From: Octopus sinensis
Lineage: Eukaryota
Direction of reading: 5' to 3'
DNA length: 64,000 bases
Assembly: GCF_006345805.1 (NCBI RefSeq)
Contig: NC_043001.1
Coordinates: 27,838,001-27,902,000 of the forward strand
Part shown: positions 36,592 through 50,440 of the stretch, in pieces
Numbering within the stretch: position 1 is the first letter of the stretch
Layout of the letters: each line of letters starts with the position of its first letter
Made by a program: the position numbers and the translations under genes
Notes under the pieces: model-generated
Databases searched by the model: none
What the model was told of the DNA's origin: nothing
The model's input: the letters and a program-made list of their open reading frames with translations, nothing else

Positions 36592-36960
36592 GTATGTATA
36601 TATATATATGTATATATAGTCATACCACACATATATACATGTATTGCCTTTATAATATATACGTACACATGAATACATAAATACATATGCTTATATATAT
36701 GTACTCACACATACATATGTATATATACATGTATATATAATATATATATAATATTAAATATAATATATGTATATAATCATGTATGTATATATATATATAT
36801 ATATATAATATATATATATATATATAATATATATAATATATATATATAATTATATATGTATGTATACATACATATATGTAAGCATTTTATGTACGTGCAT
36901 ATATGTATTTAAATATCTACGTACATAAATAAATGTTATACTTATATATACACATTTATA
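36355..36960. repeat. (TA/TG)n microsatellite field
   Basis: Seen directly. Confidence 0.9.
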
Positions 36961-37788
36961 ATTAAATAATTAATGTAAATTCTTTATTTGGATGACTGAT
37001 ATGGGTAACTTCCTTTTTAGATAGAATTACTTTTTCACAGAAGACCCACAAGATTTCACTACGATTTGGAAATGTTTTAAATAGATAACTTTAGAGTGAA
37101 TATCATAATTCAATTATTTGATATTTAATAATACAATTATTTTTTGTGAATTTATTATTTTGTAAATAATAAAAATATATTTTTCCCATTTTCAATTTCT
37201 GTCCATTTTGACTTTACTCATGCAGCAACACGTGAACAAATCTCTCTGTCTCTCTCTCTATATATATTTCTCTCTCACATTCTCTCTCTCTCTCTCTCTC
37301 TCTCTGCCACGTACACATATACTCATGTTTATATACAATTATATATAAATACACACACACATTACTTAAATAATCATTCATGAGGATAATATATATACAT
37401 CAGAATTTTAAAAATATTGGAAAAAAAAAACGAAAATCTCCAATTATTCAATTCCGCGGACAAATTTTATAAGAAATGCCGGAAATTTAAACAATCAGAT
37501 AGTTACTTTTTATTGGTTAGCTTTGTAAGCAGATCGTTTCTCTGGTTACGCACATTGAGACACGCATATTTATATAAGTACATAGATGTATTTGCAAATA
37601 CATGCATACCAAAGACACATACAAACACGCAATTGTATATTTATGTACATTAATTTTTGTCGGTCAGCACTGTTGCCTGACACTTTTAATTGATTTCGAA
37701 GGTCCAATACATGTGATATATATATATATATTATATATATATGTATGTATGTACACACACACACACATATAATATATACATACACTAT

Positions 37789-37830
<42 letters not shown>

Positions 37831-38409
37831 CATTATATATATATTTAATATAGAAATAGAGGATATGTTAACCTCATAAAGGGATGATTACACCCAAGGA
37901 AACATTGGTTCTATGTCTAGTATTTTTGGGAAATGAAATTTCTTTTAATCTATAGTTATATATCAAGCATATAATTCATGTTCAGTTAATCGAAAGAAAG
38001 AAAATGGAGAGTTAAAAGTTAATAATTATTTATTATTAAAAAATTGATCATCTTTACTTCTTACAGACGTTTTGCATTGGTGCCCAACAGGTAGATTACA
38101 AATTTGTGCTTTAAATTTGCATTTATATGTTATGTGCATAATTTCTTTTAGAGAAAAAAAAATATATACATTACGATATTACATTCCGACCTATCCGTTC
38201 ATGCAAGCAAAGTATGAATTTGTAATTTGTCTATTGGGTACTAATGGAAACGGCCGTAAGAAGTAAAGACTATCAATTTTTTGATAATAAATAATTAAGT
38301 TTTAACTCTCCATTTTCTTTCCTTCAATTACACTGAACATGCATTATGTGTGATGTGTATCATATATATATAATATATATATCTAGAATATATATAATAT
38401 AATACATAT

Positions 38410-38509
38410 NNNNNNNNNNNNNNNNNNNNNNNNNNNNNNNNNNNNNNNNNNNNNNNNNNNNNNNNNNNNNNNNNNNNNNNNNNNNNNNNNNNNNNNNNNN
38501 NNNNNNNNN
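38410..38509. other. Assembly gap (100 N)
   Basis: Run of exactly 100 N, flanked by (TA)n and (TAGA)n; true size unknown. Confidence 0.99.
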
Positions 38510-38564
38510 TGTTTACTCCGGTATATATATATATATACCAATTAATATATAGAGAGAGCGAGAA

Positions 38565-38649
<85 letters not shown>

Positions 38650-38715
38650 CTGTAGATAGCAATCTGCATAATAAATAGCTATCAACAGAGAAGCTCACTA
38701 ATCGGTTTCCATGTG

Positions 38716-38932
38716 CAATTGGTTTGAAATGTTGGCTCGAGGCTAGCAGTTTCGGGAGTGTGAATAAGTCGATTACATCGACTCCAATGTTCGATTGGTA
38801 CTTACTTTATCAATTCCAGAAGGATTATGAGAAAGTCGACCTCGGCGGAATTTGAACTCTAACCGTGAAGACAGACGAAATGCTGCTCGGCATTTTGCCT
38901 GGTGGTCTAATGATTCTGCCAGCTCGCCATCT
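38716..38932 (-). mobile_element. Family A (A2-tail) SINE, full length, diverged
   Basis: ttggtttgaaatgttggc...gtcgacctcggcggaatttgaactc...ctgccagctcgccatctt. Confidence 0.88.
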
Positions 38933-38944
38933 TACTTTCCCTGT

Positions 38945-39147
38945 ATACTCCTTTACTCTTTTACTTATTTCAGTCATTTGACTGCGGCCATGCTGGAGCA
39001 TCGCCTTTAGTCGAGCAAATCGACCCCAGGACTTATTCTTGGGAAGTCTAGTACTTATTCTATCGGTCTCTTTTGCCGAACCGCTGGGGACGTAAACACA
39101 CCAGCATCGGATGTCAAGTGATATTGGAGGGACAAACACAGACACAC

Positions 39148-39208
<61 letters not shown>

Positions 39209-39380
39209 GCATATATACGTCGGGCTTCTTTCAGTTTCCGTCAACCAAATCCACTCACAAGGCTTTGGTTGGCCAGGGGCTATAGTAGAAGATACTTGCC
39301 CAAAGTGCCACGCAGTGGGACTGAACCTGGAGTCATGTGGTTGGTAAGCAAGCTACTTACGACACAGCCACTCCTGCGCC
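38945..39380 (-). mobile_element. SINE family B, full length
   Basis: Complete, with a central (CA)n tract. Confidence 0.95.
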
Positions 39381-39599
39381 TATAGTTGTCAATACGGTAC
39401 ATCTGACATAATAGTGGTGTTGCTAGTGGCAGTGGGATGAATATACTAGTAGTGGTGTTGGTGCTAGTGCATTGCGAGCGGTGGTGTCAGTGTGTTGACA
39501 GTGTTGGTGCTAATGTATTGGTAGAAATGGTAGTGTTAGAGCAGTTGCTGTTGTCACGGTGGTATCAGTATTTCCCTGACCGTTGTGTTTTTAAGTGGT

Positions 39600-39702
39600 G
39601 AGTGTATGTATGTATGTACATATACATGTATGCATGTATGTATGTATGTATGTCCTTGTGCTTGGCAGTATTACATAGTTATTTATATATATATATAATG
39701 TG

Positions 39703-39736
<34 letters not shown>

Positions 39737-39995
39737 ATATAATATCTATATATATATAAACAAATAGATGCATAAATGTATATAATAACCCCTACATATA
39801 TACAAGAGAGGGAAAGAGAGAGAGGAAGAGAGAGAGAGAGAAGAGAGCAGAGAGGTGGAGAGAGAGAGAGAGAGAGGTGGAGAGAGAGAGAGTGAGAGAC
39901 TTTCAGAGAAATACTCGGAAACGGTAATCAATTATTTGGTTGCAACTGGCACAATTGCTGATATTCATGTTGATAGATAATTATCATGCAGATTG

Positions 39996-40067
<72 letters not shown>

Positions 40068-40134
40068 TATATCTATCTATCTATCTATTTATCTATTATC
40101 TATTATCTATCTATCCATCCATTCCAATCCATCC

Positions 40135-40172
<38 letters not shown>

Positions 40173-40202
40173 TATCTATCTATCTTCTATCTAATCTATC
40201 TC

Positions 40203-40243
<41 letters not shown>

Positions 40244-40310
40244 ATATCTATCTCTACATACATACATACATACATACATACATACATACATACATACATA
40301 CACACATACA
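39600..40310. repeat. (TATG)n, (TA)n, (GA)n, (TCTA)n and (CATA)n microsatellite series
   Basis: Seen directly. Confidence 0.9.
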
Positions 40311-41995
40311 CAAATATGCGTGAGGTGAAAGATCAGCTACAGAATCAATTTATCCAATCGTTTCAATGCATTTTCCTTCCATTCATTCGATTCAGGTCTT
40401 TATTTCATTTCATTCTTTCCTCGAACAACATCGTTCGCTGCATTCATGGAGTAATATAATTTCCTACATACATGCAAACATTCTCCTCTTTGCATCCATG
40501 GAGAAATATTATCTTCCTCGACCAAGGATTTACACCATTCGTGAATTAACGATGTCATTGGGCGATTTAACATTGCATAAAGTGATTAAGTATGCAGTAT
40601 TCATTTGGAGCGAAACATTATTTGGACAGAACTACGTATTTATGATAGTGTTCTTTTCTAACATTCATAAATGGTTTCTGATATAGGAACAAGGCTTGAA
40701 ATTAGAGTAAAAAGAATTAAATCGACTCCAGAACTTGACTGGTATTTTATTTGATCGCCTTCCCCACATTGGTAAATTGATACTATCTATATTAGTGGAT
40801 TAACACTAATATGACAATTGTGTTCCTTCCGGTTGTCAGCCTCGCAGACAATGAGATTATACTTTGCAAGTGAGTCATGAATGACTCACTTAAAGGCATC
40901 GAGATGCAAACATAGAGAAGACTTATGGACCATTTGTCTCCGAGATACAAACAGAGAGAAAGGAGAAATTGTATGAGGAACCCATCATCACCGATAAGTT
41001 CAAAGTCTGTGACGAAAGATCAGATAAAGCAATTAAATTATTAAATAATTATCTACATAATTGTTTATACAATCAGTGTGTTTGTTTAATAGGCAGGATG
41101 ATTTTCCCAAAGTAGAATAATATTTGTTTCAATCCACGATTTCACTCAAAGAAAACAACCAGGAAAACGAGATTCATAAATGATTTTTGTTTAAAGTCCC
41201 GAGAACTCATTTGGCGTAGTTTCAAATAACAGATAAATCAGAATGATTCACAGACCAGTGCTCAGCTACACATACTTTGCAAAGAAGACTGACAAATATT
41301 TCCTTCAAGTTGTGAAGTAAATGACTTTCCCGACCCCTCCTAATAACTAGTATTCCTACTAAGTAAACTAAACAGATATAGAATTACGTGTTTACACCAT
41401 AAAAAGCAATAATTATTGAATGTAATGAAATGTAAAAGGGAAATAGATATTGAATGTAAATTGAAATATGAAGTTTACATCCCACAAGGGCGTCCTGGTA
41501 AGGGAGCAATCCCAATATTATCGATTGTATACAAAAAGGAAAATAAATCTATATCTGGACATCGATAACTTTTCTCAACAACATATAACAGTGCGAATTG
41601 AAAAAGATAACTTCCTGAATTGCACAGCCTAAAAACAGCTTACCACCAAAATCTTTGCGATTCATTTCACTCATTTACCAAGATCTCTGCCAATTTTCCG
41701 AATATTCCTTTCTTACAAAACTCAACAAAGTAATGCACCAGAGGAAATACTCTAATAAGAAAATCTTCCTCATTTGCTGCCCGCTTTGCTCCATCTCCAT
41801 AACGTAGGCATTTCACAAGACTTCTCTAAAACGTTCCTTAACGGCTAAATCTGCAAAGCACTGTCTCTGATATTTCTCTCTGCAAGAATATTTCTCAGTT
41901 TTGGGGAAGCATTTGTAAAATCGTTTTTCTTGGAATAGAAAAAAAAGTCTATCTTTATTTCTTCTTTTGCTGGTGTCTCAAAGTTAGCTTAAATC

Positions 41996-42054
41996 AGTGT
42001 TTCTCAAAATGGAGGCCTATGGGACGGTTGGTCAAGTCGTTTTGAGAAAATTTG
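41996..42054. mobile_element. 59-bp hAT-type micro-MITE
   Basis: cagtgttctcaaaa ... ttttgagaaaatttg ends; 8-bp TSD gcttaaat / gtttaaat (7/8). Confidence 0.5.
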
Positions 42055-42819
42055 GTTTAAATGTTTGACAACTCAGCACCGTCCATTGGACGGGGGGTGT
42101 GTGTTTTGCTCGTCCCCACATATAATCGTCTACACAACGATGTCAAGTAATTTCCCAATATATACACAGCTAATCGCTATTGAATAGATGGTTTCTCAAT
42201 ATATAGACGGCTCCATAACACCTGATGCTACACAGCTGAGTACTTAGTTTGGCAATACATGCTTCAAAACCCTAATCTACAACAGCCCCACAAACCATTG
42301 AATAGTTTCCCAACTTAAGAGCTAGTTCCATATGTACATCACATGCACGGCTCCACAACACCTGATCTTATAAACACAAAAATCACCTGGTGTGAAATCA
42401 ATCAAACTATACCTATATATGCTGCAACATTTAACAGTTATTTCACAGTGCATCCTGTCTATGCATGTTTTCTGTCCTACGCGCATTTTGTCCGTGACAA
42501 CCCACACGTCTTTGGGGATTATGATGAGATATTTGGTTCGCAACACGGCAACCTTGTCATCGATTTCCTTGCCGTAATTATAAAAGCTGCTAAAATAAAT
42601 CACACTCTCCCTTCTTAGCTCTCTCTTTGTCTCCTTTGTTTTCTTTTCTTTTATTGCATCTTCAACCACAACACACGTACACACACATACACAGAAACTT
42701 TATTTATTTCATTTTGCACCCTCCCCACCCTTTCTTCTTCACAGATACGTTTGAAGAACATGGGATTTGACTCACTCTTGCCTTCGCCTCTTCGCACCTT
42801 TTCTCTCTCATACACAGAC

Positions 42820-42820
42820 A

Positions 42821-42864
<44 letters not shown>

Positions 42865-43390
42865 TTACATGTATGTACACGCGTTTGCTCAATATGCATT
42901 GACATATCCACCACTACATACATGTCCACTCCATACAAACACACTTAGACACACACACACCTCACCCCCCACCCCCACACAACACACCCACATTCACACA
43001 CAACATACAGACACATACACACTCACACATACAACACGTCCTTGCGCGCACACATACACACACATACGATGATTGAAGTTTATTCTCTAAAACACACACA
43101 CAATACACACACACCCTCACACAACACTCCACACACACACACAACACACCCACATTCACACACAACACACAGACACATACACACACAACACGTCCGCAAG
43201 CACACACATACACGCACATATGATCTTTGAAGTTTCTTCTCTAACGCATACACAACACACAACACACACCCCCTCACACACAACACTCCACACACACACA
43301 CACAACACATCCACATTCAAGCACAACACACAGACACATACACACTCACATACACAATACGCCCGCGAGCACACATACACACACATACGA
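42820..43390. repeat. (CA)-rich higher-order tandem repeat, unit about 150-165 bp
   Basis: Recurring cccacattcacacacaaca block and a tga..tgaagttt.ttctctaa core at about 43070 and 43220. Confidence 0.75.
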
Positions 43391-43413
43391 TATATATACA
43401 CGAGGGCGTAAAG

Positions 43414-43458
43414 TGTCGCTGAAGAGGTTACAGATGTGTGACGAAAGAATTCCGGACA
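43414..43458 (+). ncRNA. Minimal (Penelope-type) hammerhead ribozyme-like motif with a damaged cleavage site
   Basis: CUGAAGA (43419-25) + G + stem II GUUACA/GAUG/UGUGAC + GAAA (43443-46) + palindrome GAAUUC; helix I UGUC (43414-17)/GACA (43455-58). Confidence 0.5.
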
Positions 43459-43581
43459 GTGGACATCAGCTAAAAGAACATTAATAAACGAGTGAAGAAC
43501 GAGTATATAGTTACCAACCCGAAATATAACAATGTATGTGTGTGTGTGTATGTGTATATGTGTGTGTGTATTTGTGTACGA

Positions 43582-43770
43582 AAAGCGCGTGGATTAGGGC
43601 ATTGAATACATGATCGTAAGATTGTGGTTTCAATTCCTGAACAGGGCGATGCGCTGTGTTCTTCAGCAAAACATTAATTCAAGTCCACTGAGTAATCCTG
43701 CGTCAAACCGGCGTCCCGTCCAGGGAGGAATATATATGCGCCACTAAAACCGGCCCTATCTTGAGAAAGA
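43582..43770 (+). mobile_element. SINE family C, internally deleted
   Basis: tRNA-like head ...gatcgtaagattgtggtttcaattcctgaacagggcg, tail ccggcgtcccgtccagggagg...aaaaccggccc. Confidence 0.7.
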
Positions 43771-43798
43771 TCTTTATCCTTTTATATACACATAAAAG

Positions 43799-44190
43799 CG
43801 CAGACGTGGCTGTGTGGTAAGAAGTTTGCATTGTTCCGGGTTCAGTCCTACTGCATGGCACCTTGGGCAAGTGTCCGCTACTATAGCCTCGGGTCAAACA
43901 AACCGCTGTGAGTGGATTTGGTAGACGGAAACTGAAAGAATCACGTCCCCCCCACACACATACACGCAGGCACGTGCGTGTGCTTGTGCCTTTGTGTCTG
44001 GAATTCTCTCCCATCACCCCTAGCCAACCAGTGTTGCTGTGTTTACGTCACAGTAACTTAACTGTTCGGCAAAAGTAACCAATAGAATAAGTACCAGGCC
44101 TTTGAAAAATTAAAAGTATTGGGATCGACTCAATCGACAAAATGTTCTTAAAGGTGGCGCCCCAGCTTGACAGAAAAAAGTAAAAGAAAA
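43799..44190 (+). mobile_element. Diverged SINE family B variant
   Basis: gtggctgtgtggtaag...ggatttggtagacggaaactgaaagaa...ttcggcaaaag...aagtaaaag. Confidence 0.85.
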
Positions 44191-44199
44191 ATACACATT

Positions 44200-44412
<213 letters not shown>

Positions 44413-44879
44413 AACAGGCAGTAACAAGGAAAATGCCCTTGTATTTGAACACTATGCAAATATTCTTTAAAAAGTACTTTTCTTTTAATTTTTCCAAAAT
44501 TTAATTGTTTTCCATTCTTACAGTTGAAAAAGTCTCAATGACTGAAACCGGTACTGAAATGTGTTTTTATAAAATTATTTTAGCATTTCTATCTTGACTT
44601 TTTTTTTCCATAAATATATATATATATATGAACATATATACCCTAAATCCATACTCCCAAGACCAATTTCATTAACATAACTAGTTTTTGCCCACCCCCA
44701 CAAAAGCATATATTATCTCACATACGCACGCACATACATGCACACTCACATACACATACACTTTCTAGCTGCTTCAGTACCCCCCCCCACATTCTCACTA
44801 GTTTCCCCTTTGCACTTGTTCCCTCAATACAGTCCGTGCCTATACTTTTCTTCATCCGTTTCCCATCTCACTCTTTGTG

Positions 44880-45212
44880 TGTCTGTTTCCCTCTCCTCCT
44901 CTCACTCCCTTTCTCTTTCTCACCCTCTTCCTCTCACTCTGTCTTTCTGTCTCTCTGTCTCTCTGTCTTTCTGTCTCTCTGTCTCTCTGTCTTTCTGTCT
45001 CTCTGTGTCTCTGTCTTTCTGTCTCTCTGTCTCTCTGTCTTTCTGTCTCTCTGTCTCTCGGTCTCTCTGTCTTTCTGTCTTTCTGTCTCTCTGTCTCTCT
45101 GTCTCTCTGTTTCTCTGTCTCTCTGTCTCTCTGTCTTTCTGTCTCTCTGTCTCTCTGTCTCTCTGTCTTTCTGTCTGTCTCTCTGTCTCTCTGTCTTTCT
45201 CTCTCTCCCTCC
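44880..45212. repeat. Polypyrimidine (CTGTCTCT/CTGTCTTT)n repeat with a ~24-bp higher-order period
   Basis: Seen directly. Confidence 0.9.
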
Positions 45213-45649
45213 CGTCATGTTAATCTTCATATCTCCCTTTCATCGATCTCGCCTTCTCACTTCGTAATTCCAGCCGCATTATTGATTGATACGCATGCGC
45301 GATACCGTCTTCCTGTACCAGTCCAGTAAACTAGCTAATATTTGAAGTTGGTTTTTCCCCCCCCCCCCTCCCTTGGGAAAGAACGCTCGTTGCCGCTAAA
45401 CAGTATTTATATTAAGTTTTGATATGCAGTTAATTTGGTTGCTCTCTCCCCATCTAGATGTAATCGGCTTGTCGATTACAGTAATGTGTGAACAGAATAC
45501 TCGAGAGACATCAAGCAAAACATTTGCCTCGTGCCTCTTCCTGCCTCCAGCTCTCTGCACGCACTTACGAACAAACACGCACGCGCGCGCGATGGCGTAC
45601 GCACGTACGCTTGTACGCTCACACGTTTGACACAGTCACATTGAGACAG

Positions 45650-45986
45650 ACAGACACACACACACACACGTAACTGTAAGTGTGCATGGTGTTGTACGCA
45701 CGTGTGTGTGTGCGTGTGTGTGTGCATGTGTGTGTGCGCGTGTGTGCACGCGCATGTATGTGCGCATGTATTTTCGTGTGTGTATGTGTGTTGGCTTATA
45801 TCTATTGCCGTGTGGCGTTATACGTACATATATATATATGTGCGTGTATATATATATATTATATATATATACATATACATATACATATAATATATATATA
45901 TATATATACATACATGTATATATGTATATATATATATATATAATATATATACATATACATATATATATATATACATATATATATAT

Positions 45987-46035
<49 letters not shown>

Positions 46036-46143
46036 CACATATATATATACATATATATATATGTTTATATATATATATTATATATATATACACATACATA
46101 TATATATACATATATATATATGTATATATGTGTATATATATAT

Positions 46144-46187
<44 letters not shown>

Positions 46188-46190
46188 TCA
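45650..46190. repeat. (CA)n/(TG)n/(TA)n microsatellite field
   Basis: Seen directly. Confidence 0.9.
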
Positions 46191-47008
46191 TAGACAGATA
46201 CGCCTATATAGTTACACACGGAACCACAACTTACGCACACATACATAGACAAACACACGCCGCATTCACATATCATAAGAGGCCATTTGGCTGGAGAACA
46301 GAGCGACCACTGAATTACTGAATCACAGAGCCACACAATCAATAAAGCAACCATCAAACCAACTAAAAGGCTACTTAATAAGGTAAATTAGCAATTATCG
46401 TTACAGATGGTTTACATCACGAAGCACACGGTGTTGACACGATATGGATCTCCACCGACAAAAAGGCAACATAAAACGCAGCACAGCTACATTTTCATTT
46501 ATATATGTATATATTCAGTTCTCGCAGGCTGGTGGCTTTTCGGCTTTAGACAAATCGTACACAGCATTCAGAAACTGACTGGAGTTTGATCAATCGACTG
46601 ATTGGAGACACGCAGCGAGGTCGAAACATTGCAGTGTCTCAAAGTGCCATTATACCGGTAAATTAGTGTATCGCGTATGCTATAAAACACATCGTCTAAA
46701 GGGTGGAGCTGTTCTCTGATGAGGGAAAACAACGGCGATCAGATATTTACGTCTGAACCTACCAGAATGTATTATGAATGAATAGATACATTAATAATTT
46801 CGATTATCGCTGTTCATAATACACCTCATGAATTATCATGTGTGTAGCAGATATTAACACGCATCAACAAATAATTTTCTGATTTCCATAAACAAGAGCC
46901 TGTTTGACGAGTGCAATACAGTCAGGTCGAAAAATGGCGGTGTGTAAAGTTCCATTACTCCGTTGAACCTGGTCAATCTCGTATGTTGAGAGTACACATC
47001 GCCTAAAA

Positions 47009-47200
47009 CAATGGTTTTCAACCATTTATTTTTACCTATGGACCCCTTTGATCTCTATTTTACTCTACTGGATTTCCATAGCCACTCAATGTTTAAAAAA
47101 ACCCCCATGTTTTTAAAAACTATTATTGGGGATTATATACAACGATTGTTAAAATATTTTGTGTATTGTAAAAGAATAACCAATTTATTGCACACTAGCA
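47009..47200 (+). mobile_element. hAT-type MITE, 3'-truncated; same family as 54412-54662
   Basis: caatggttttcaacc left TIR; colinear similarity to 54412-54600. Confidence 0.6.
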
Positions 47201-49859
47201 AACGCACCCGTACTCTGGGTATTGTTTAAGTTGCTTTGATGGTATTTTTTTCACCAAATCATTGAACTACCGAGAAGGTTTATGAGTAGCCTAGGAACGG
47301 AAAATCAAATTGAAGGCTGGTTACTGTGGAGGTCGTTGCACTTTAATGATCATAAAACATATAAGTTTGCAAGCGATGAAAAGTAGACCTACTGAAGTGT
47401 TTTTGGTGTAGATTTCGGATAATGACTACAAAATATAGTTGTTTTTACATGAAAGCGAAATTTCTTGTGAGAAACAGTCACATAAATGGCGTAATGAAAT
47501 TGAAGGAAGACGTTGAAACTTCCACTCTGAAAGTTTATTTACTTCAACAGCAAAGGGAGCTATTTTTTCGGAGAGATAAGCTAACAAAAGCCCCTGTATT
47601 CTGTCTTCCCATATAGCCTGCGCGTAAACTAACAACGAATGCGGCATAAAGTTAAATTGGTATGGAGCTTTCTGAAAGATACGTATTGCTTTCGCTAGTG
47701 GAAGCAAAACTCTTATTTAAAGGTTGATTCTTTGGGATGAATCATATATGAGTGTTTAAAAAAAAGGCTAGAATGACTATGCTAAAACCTATTTGAAACA
47801 ATGGACAGCAGTCGAAATATCATAATTGATGGGTAAATAAGCATCCTTAAAGTGAAACAACGCATTGGTAGATAAACAAAGGTATCAACAAATAGAAGAG
47901 AGGGAAGGGAACATCACCTTTCAAGTAACTCAGAATAAGTAAAGGTAAGCTTGCCAAAGTTTAATTCAGTTTCAATATGGAGATTAAGATTGTTTGGTAT
48001 TGGATAGTCATCGCGTACAATGTTCCTAGTCAATTTAATCAGCGTGGCAGGTGGAGAGTGAAATAAATAGACAAAATTCTTTCACTTTTATATAAAAATT
48101 AAAAATGTATGGAAGACCCTACATACAAAAAAGCCATGTCCATTTAGGTCCATATACGCGGGAGCTCTAGGCAAAATGTTATAGTGCATGACCTTCCTTG
48201 GAACATAAGTACTGTATTGCGTAAAGTTTGGTGAAAATCTGTTGAGAATTGTGAAATGTATGCGTTAGTCATTATACACATACACACGCACACACACACA
48301 CACGCACACACACATACTGTAATTTATATATACTAAATTAATTTAGCAACAAAATATTTCATGGTCCCCCAAAGATCACGTGGGCTAAAATGAGGAGGCG
48401 TTCATCGAGAGTGTAAAGAAATCAGCGATGAGATATTCACGTTCGAATGTACAAGATCATATTAAGCATGAACAGATACTTTATTGTTTGGATTCTCGCT
48501 GTTCTGCGTGCAAAGCATGAAATATGAATGAATTTTATACTAAAAGAAGAAGAAAAATGCAAGAATATAAAAACGTAAGCCTACACTACATCTATGACGT
48601 AAAAAAAAAACAGGAGAAAGGACATGATGAAAGAGTTAGTCTTGCAATACTTATTTCCCTTGAAACTAATCAGAGACTATTTGCAGTGACGTACTTCATC
48701 AAATTTGTGGCAATCTAAAGTATATATATATTATATATATATATATATATAATATATATATATAATTAAACGGATAAAATAAGGAAGACAAAAAGTGACA
48801 GAAACAAGGTGAAAGATAAAAAAGAAGACGAAAACAAACATTTTCTCACGGAGACAGTTGACTGCCATAAATTCTGAAGAAATTTTACGCTTAAAAATGA
48901 TTGATGGATGGCGTATTTTTTTACAATTTCTGCTGATATACTCGATATTACAAAATATACAAACATGCTTCTGTAGTGTATATGTCACTATGAATGAATG
49001 TATGCATATATATACACGCACACACACATATATATATATACATTTATACATTCATATATATCTGTGTGTGTGTGTATGTATGTGTGTATATGTATGTCAG
49101 TTTTCTTGAGAATATATTGCAGATTTAAGATAATGTAGACGTCAGTTTAGCTCATAGTCGACAAGTGACATTTCGCTGCAGAACACTCTTACTTCCAGAG
49201 ACACAATAAATCATTAGGAATCTTATTCAGACTCAATAAATTGTAACACATCACATTCAATGCGGATCCCGTTAGCTCTGGAAATACCATTTTGTTTCCT
49301 GAAAATTGACGAAGATAAAGAACTAAGTCTTTCATCATCTTTAGCAGTCTATGGCTTACATTTTCATTCTTTCTCGTTTCTCTTTTTATATCTTTTCAAT
49401 CGTTTTCTTTTCTTTCGCACAGTTCAAAGTGAAAAAAGCGAGTCGACGTATTCTGAGAAGTCTTACTATTAAGATGTAGATAGAAAAGGAGCGATAGAAA
49501 TAAAAACAGAGACGGTGATGCAGGGAAAAGAGGAATTAAGAAAAATACGCGGGAAGAAGAAAAATGTAAAGAAAGAAAGCTTTTCTCTCGCGATACAATC
49601 TCACTTTATAGCGCGTTTAAGATGACATCGATAAAACTCCACCCAAACGGTCATCTGGATTGATAGCTGTCTTTAGTGGTATTAAGCAGGATTCCAAAGT
49701 GATTTCCCGCAGTCCTACGAAAGCTCGAAAAACTAATTTTCTAGTGTATTTGTTTGCTTGTTTCTTTGTTTGTTTGCTTGCTTTTCTTGCTATTTCTGTT
49801 CTTCGTTCTTTGTCGTACTTTCAGAATCATCTCTCTCTCACACTCTCTCTCATTCTACC

Positions 49860-50019
49860 TATTTCGCGCGCTCTCTCTCTCTCCCTCTCCCTCTCTCCCT
49901 CTCTCTCTCTTCCTTTCTTTCACCTTGTCCCGCTTCTATCTCCGTATTAATGTGTCCACCGATTTTCTCTGTATATGTGTGAGTGTGTGTTACACACACA
50001 CAAATATATACATGTATGA

Positions 50020-50076
<57 letters not shown>

Positions 50077-50138
50077 TACACGTATATATTTGTGTATATA
50101 TATATATGTATGTATTTATATATATATATATTATATAT

Positions 50139-50182
<44 letters not shown>

Positions 50183-50183
50183 C

Positions 50184-50217
<34 letters not shown>

Positions 50218-50290
50218 ATATATATTATATATATATATATTATATATATATACATACATATATATATATATATATGTATGTATATATATA

Positions 50291-50384
<94 letters not shown>

Positions 50385-50440
50385 GCACCATAATATTTGT
50401 GTGTGTATGTGCGTGTCTGCGTGTCTGTGTGTGCGCGTGT
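49860..50440. repeat. (CT)n and long (TA)n microsatellite field
   Basis: Seen directly. Confidence 0.9.

Noticed and set aside
40366-40686. 106-aa non-repetitive ORF with an upstream acceptor-like site
   Set aside because: No recognisable domain; an ORF of this length is expected by chance in six frames of 64 kb.
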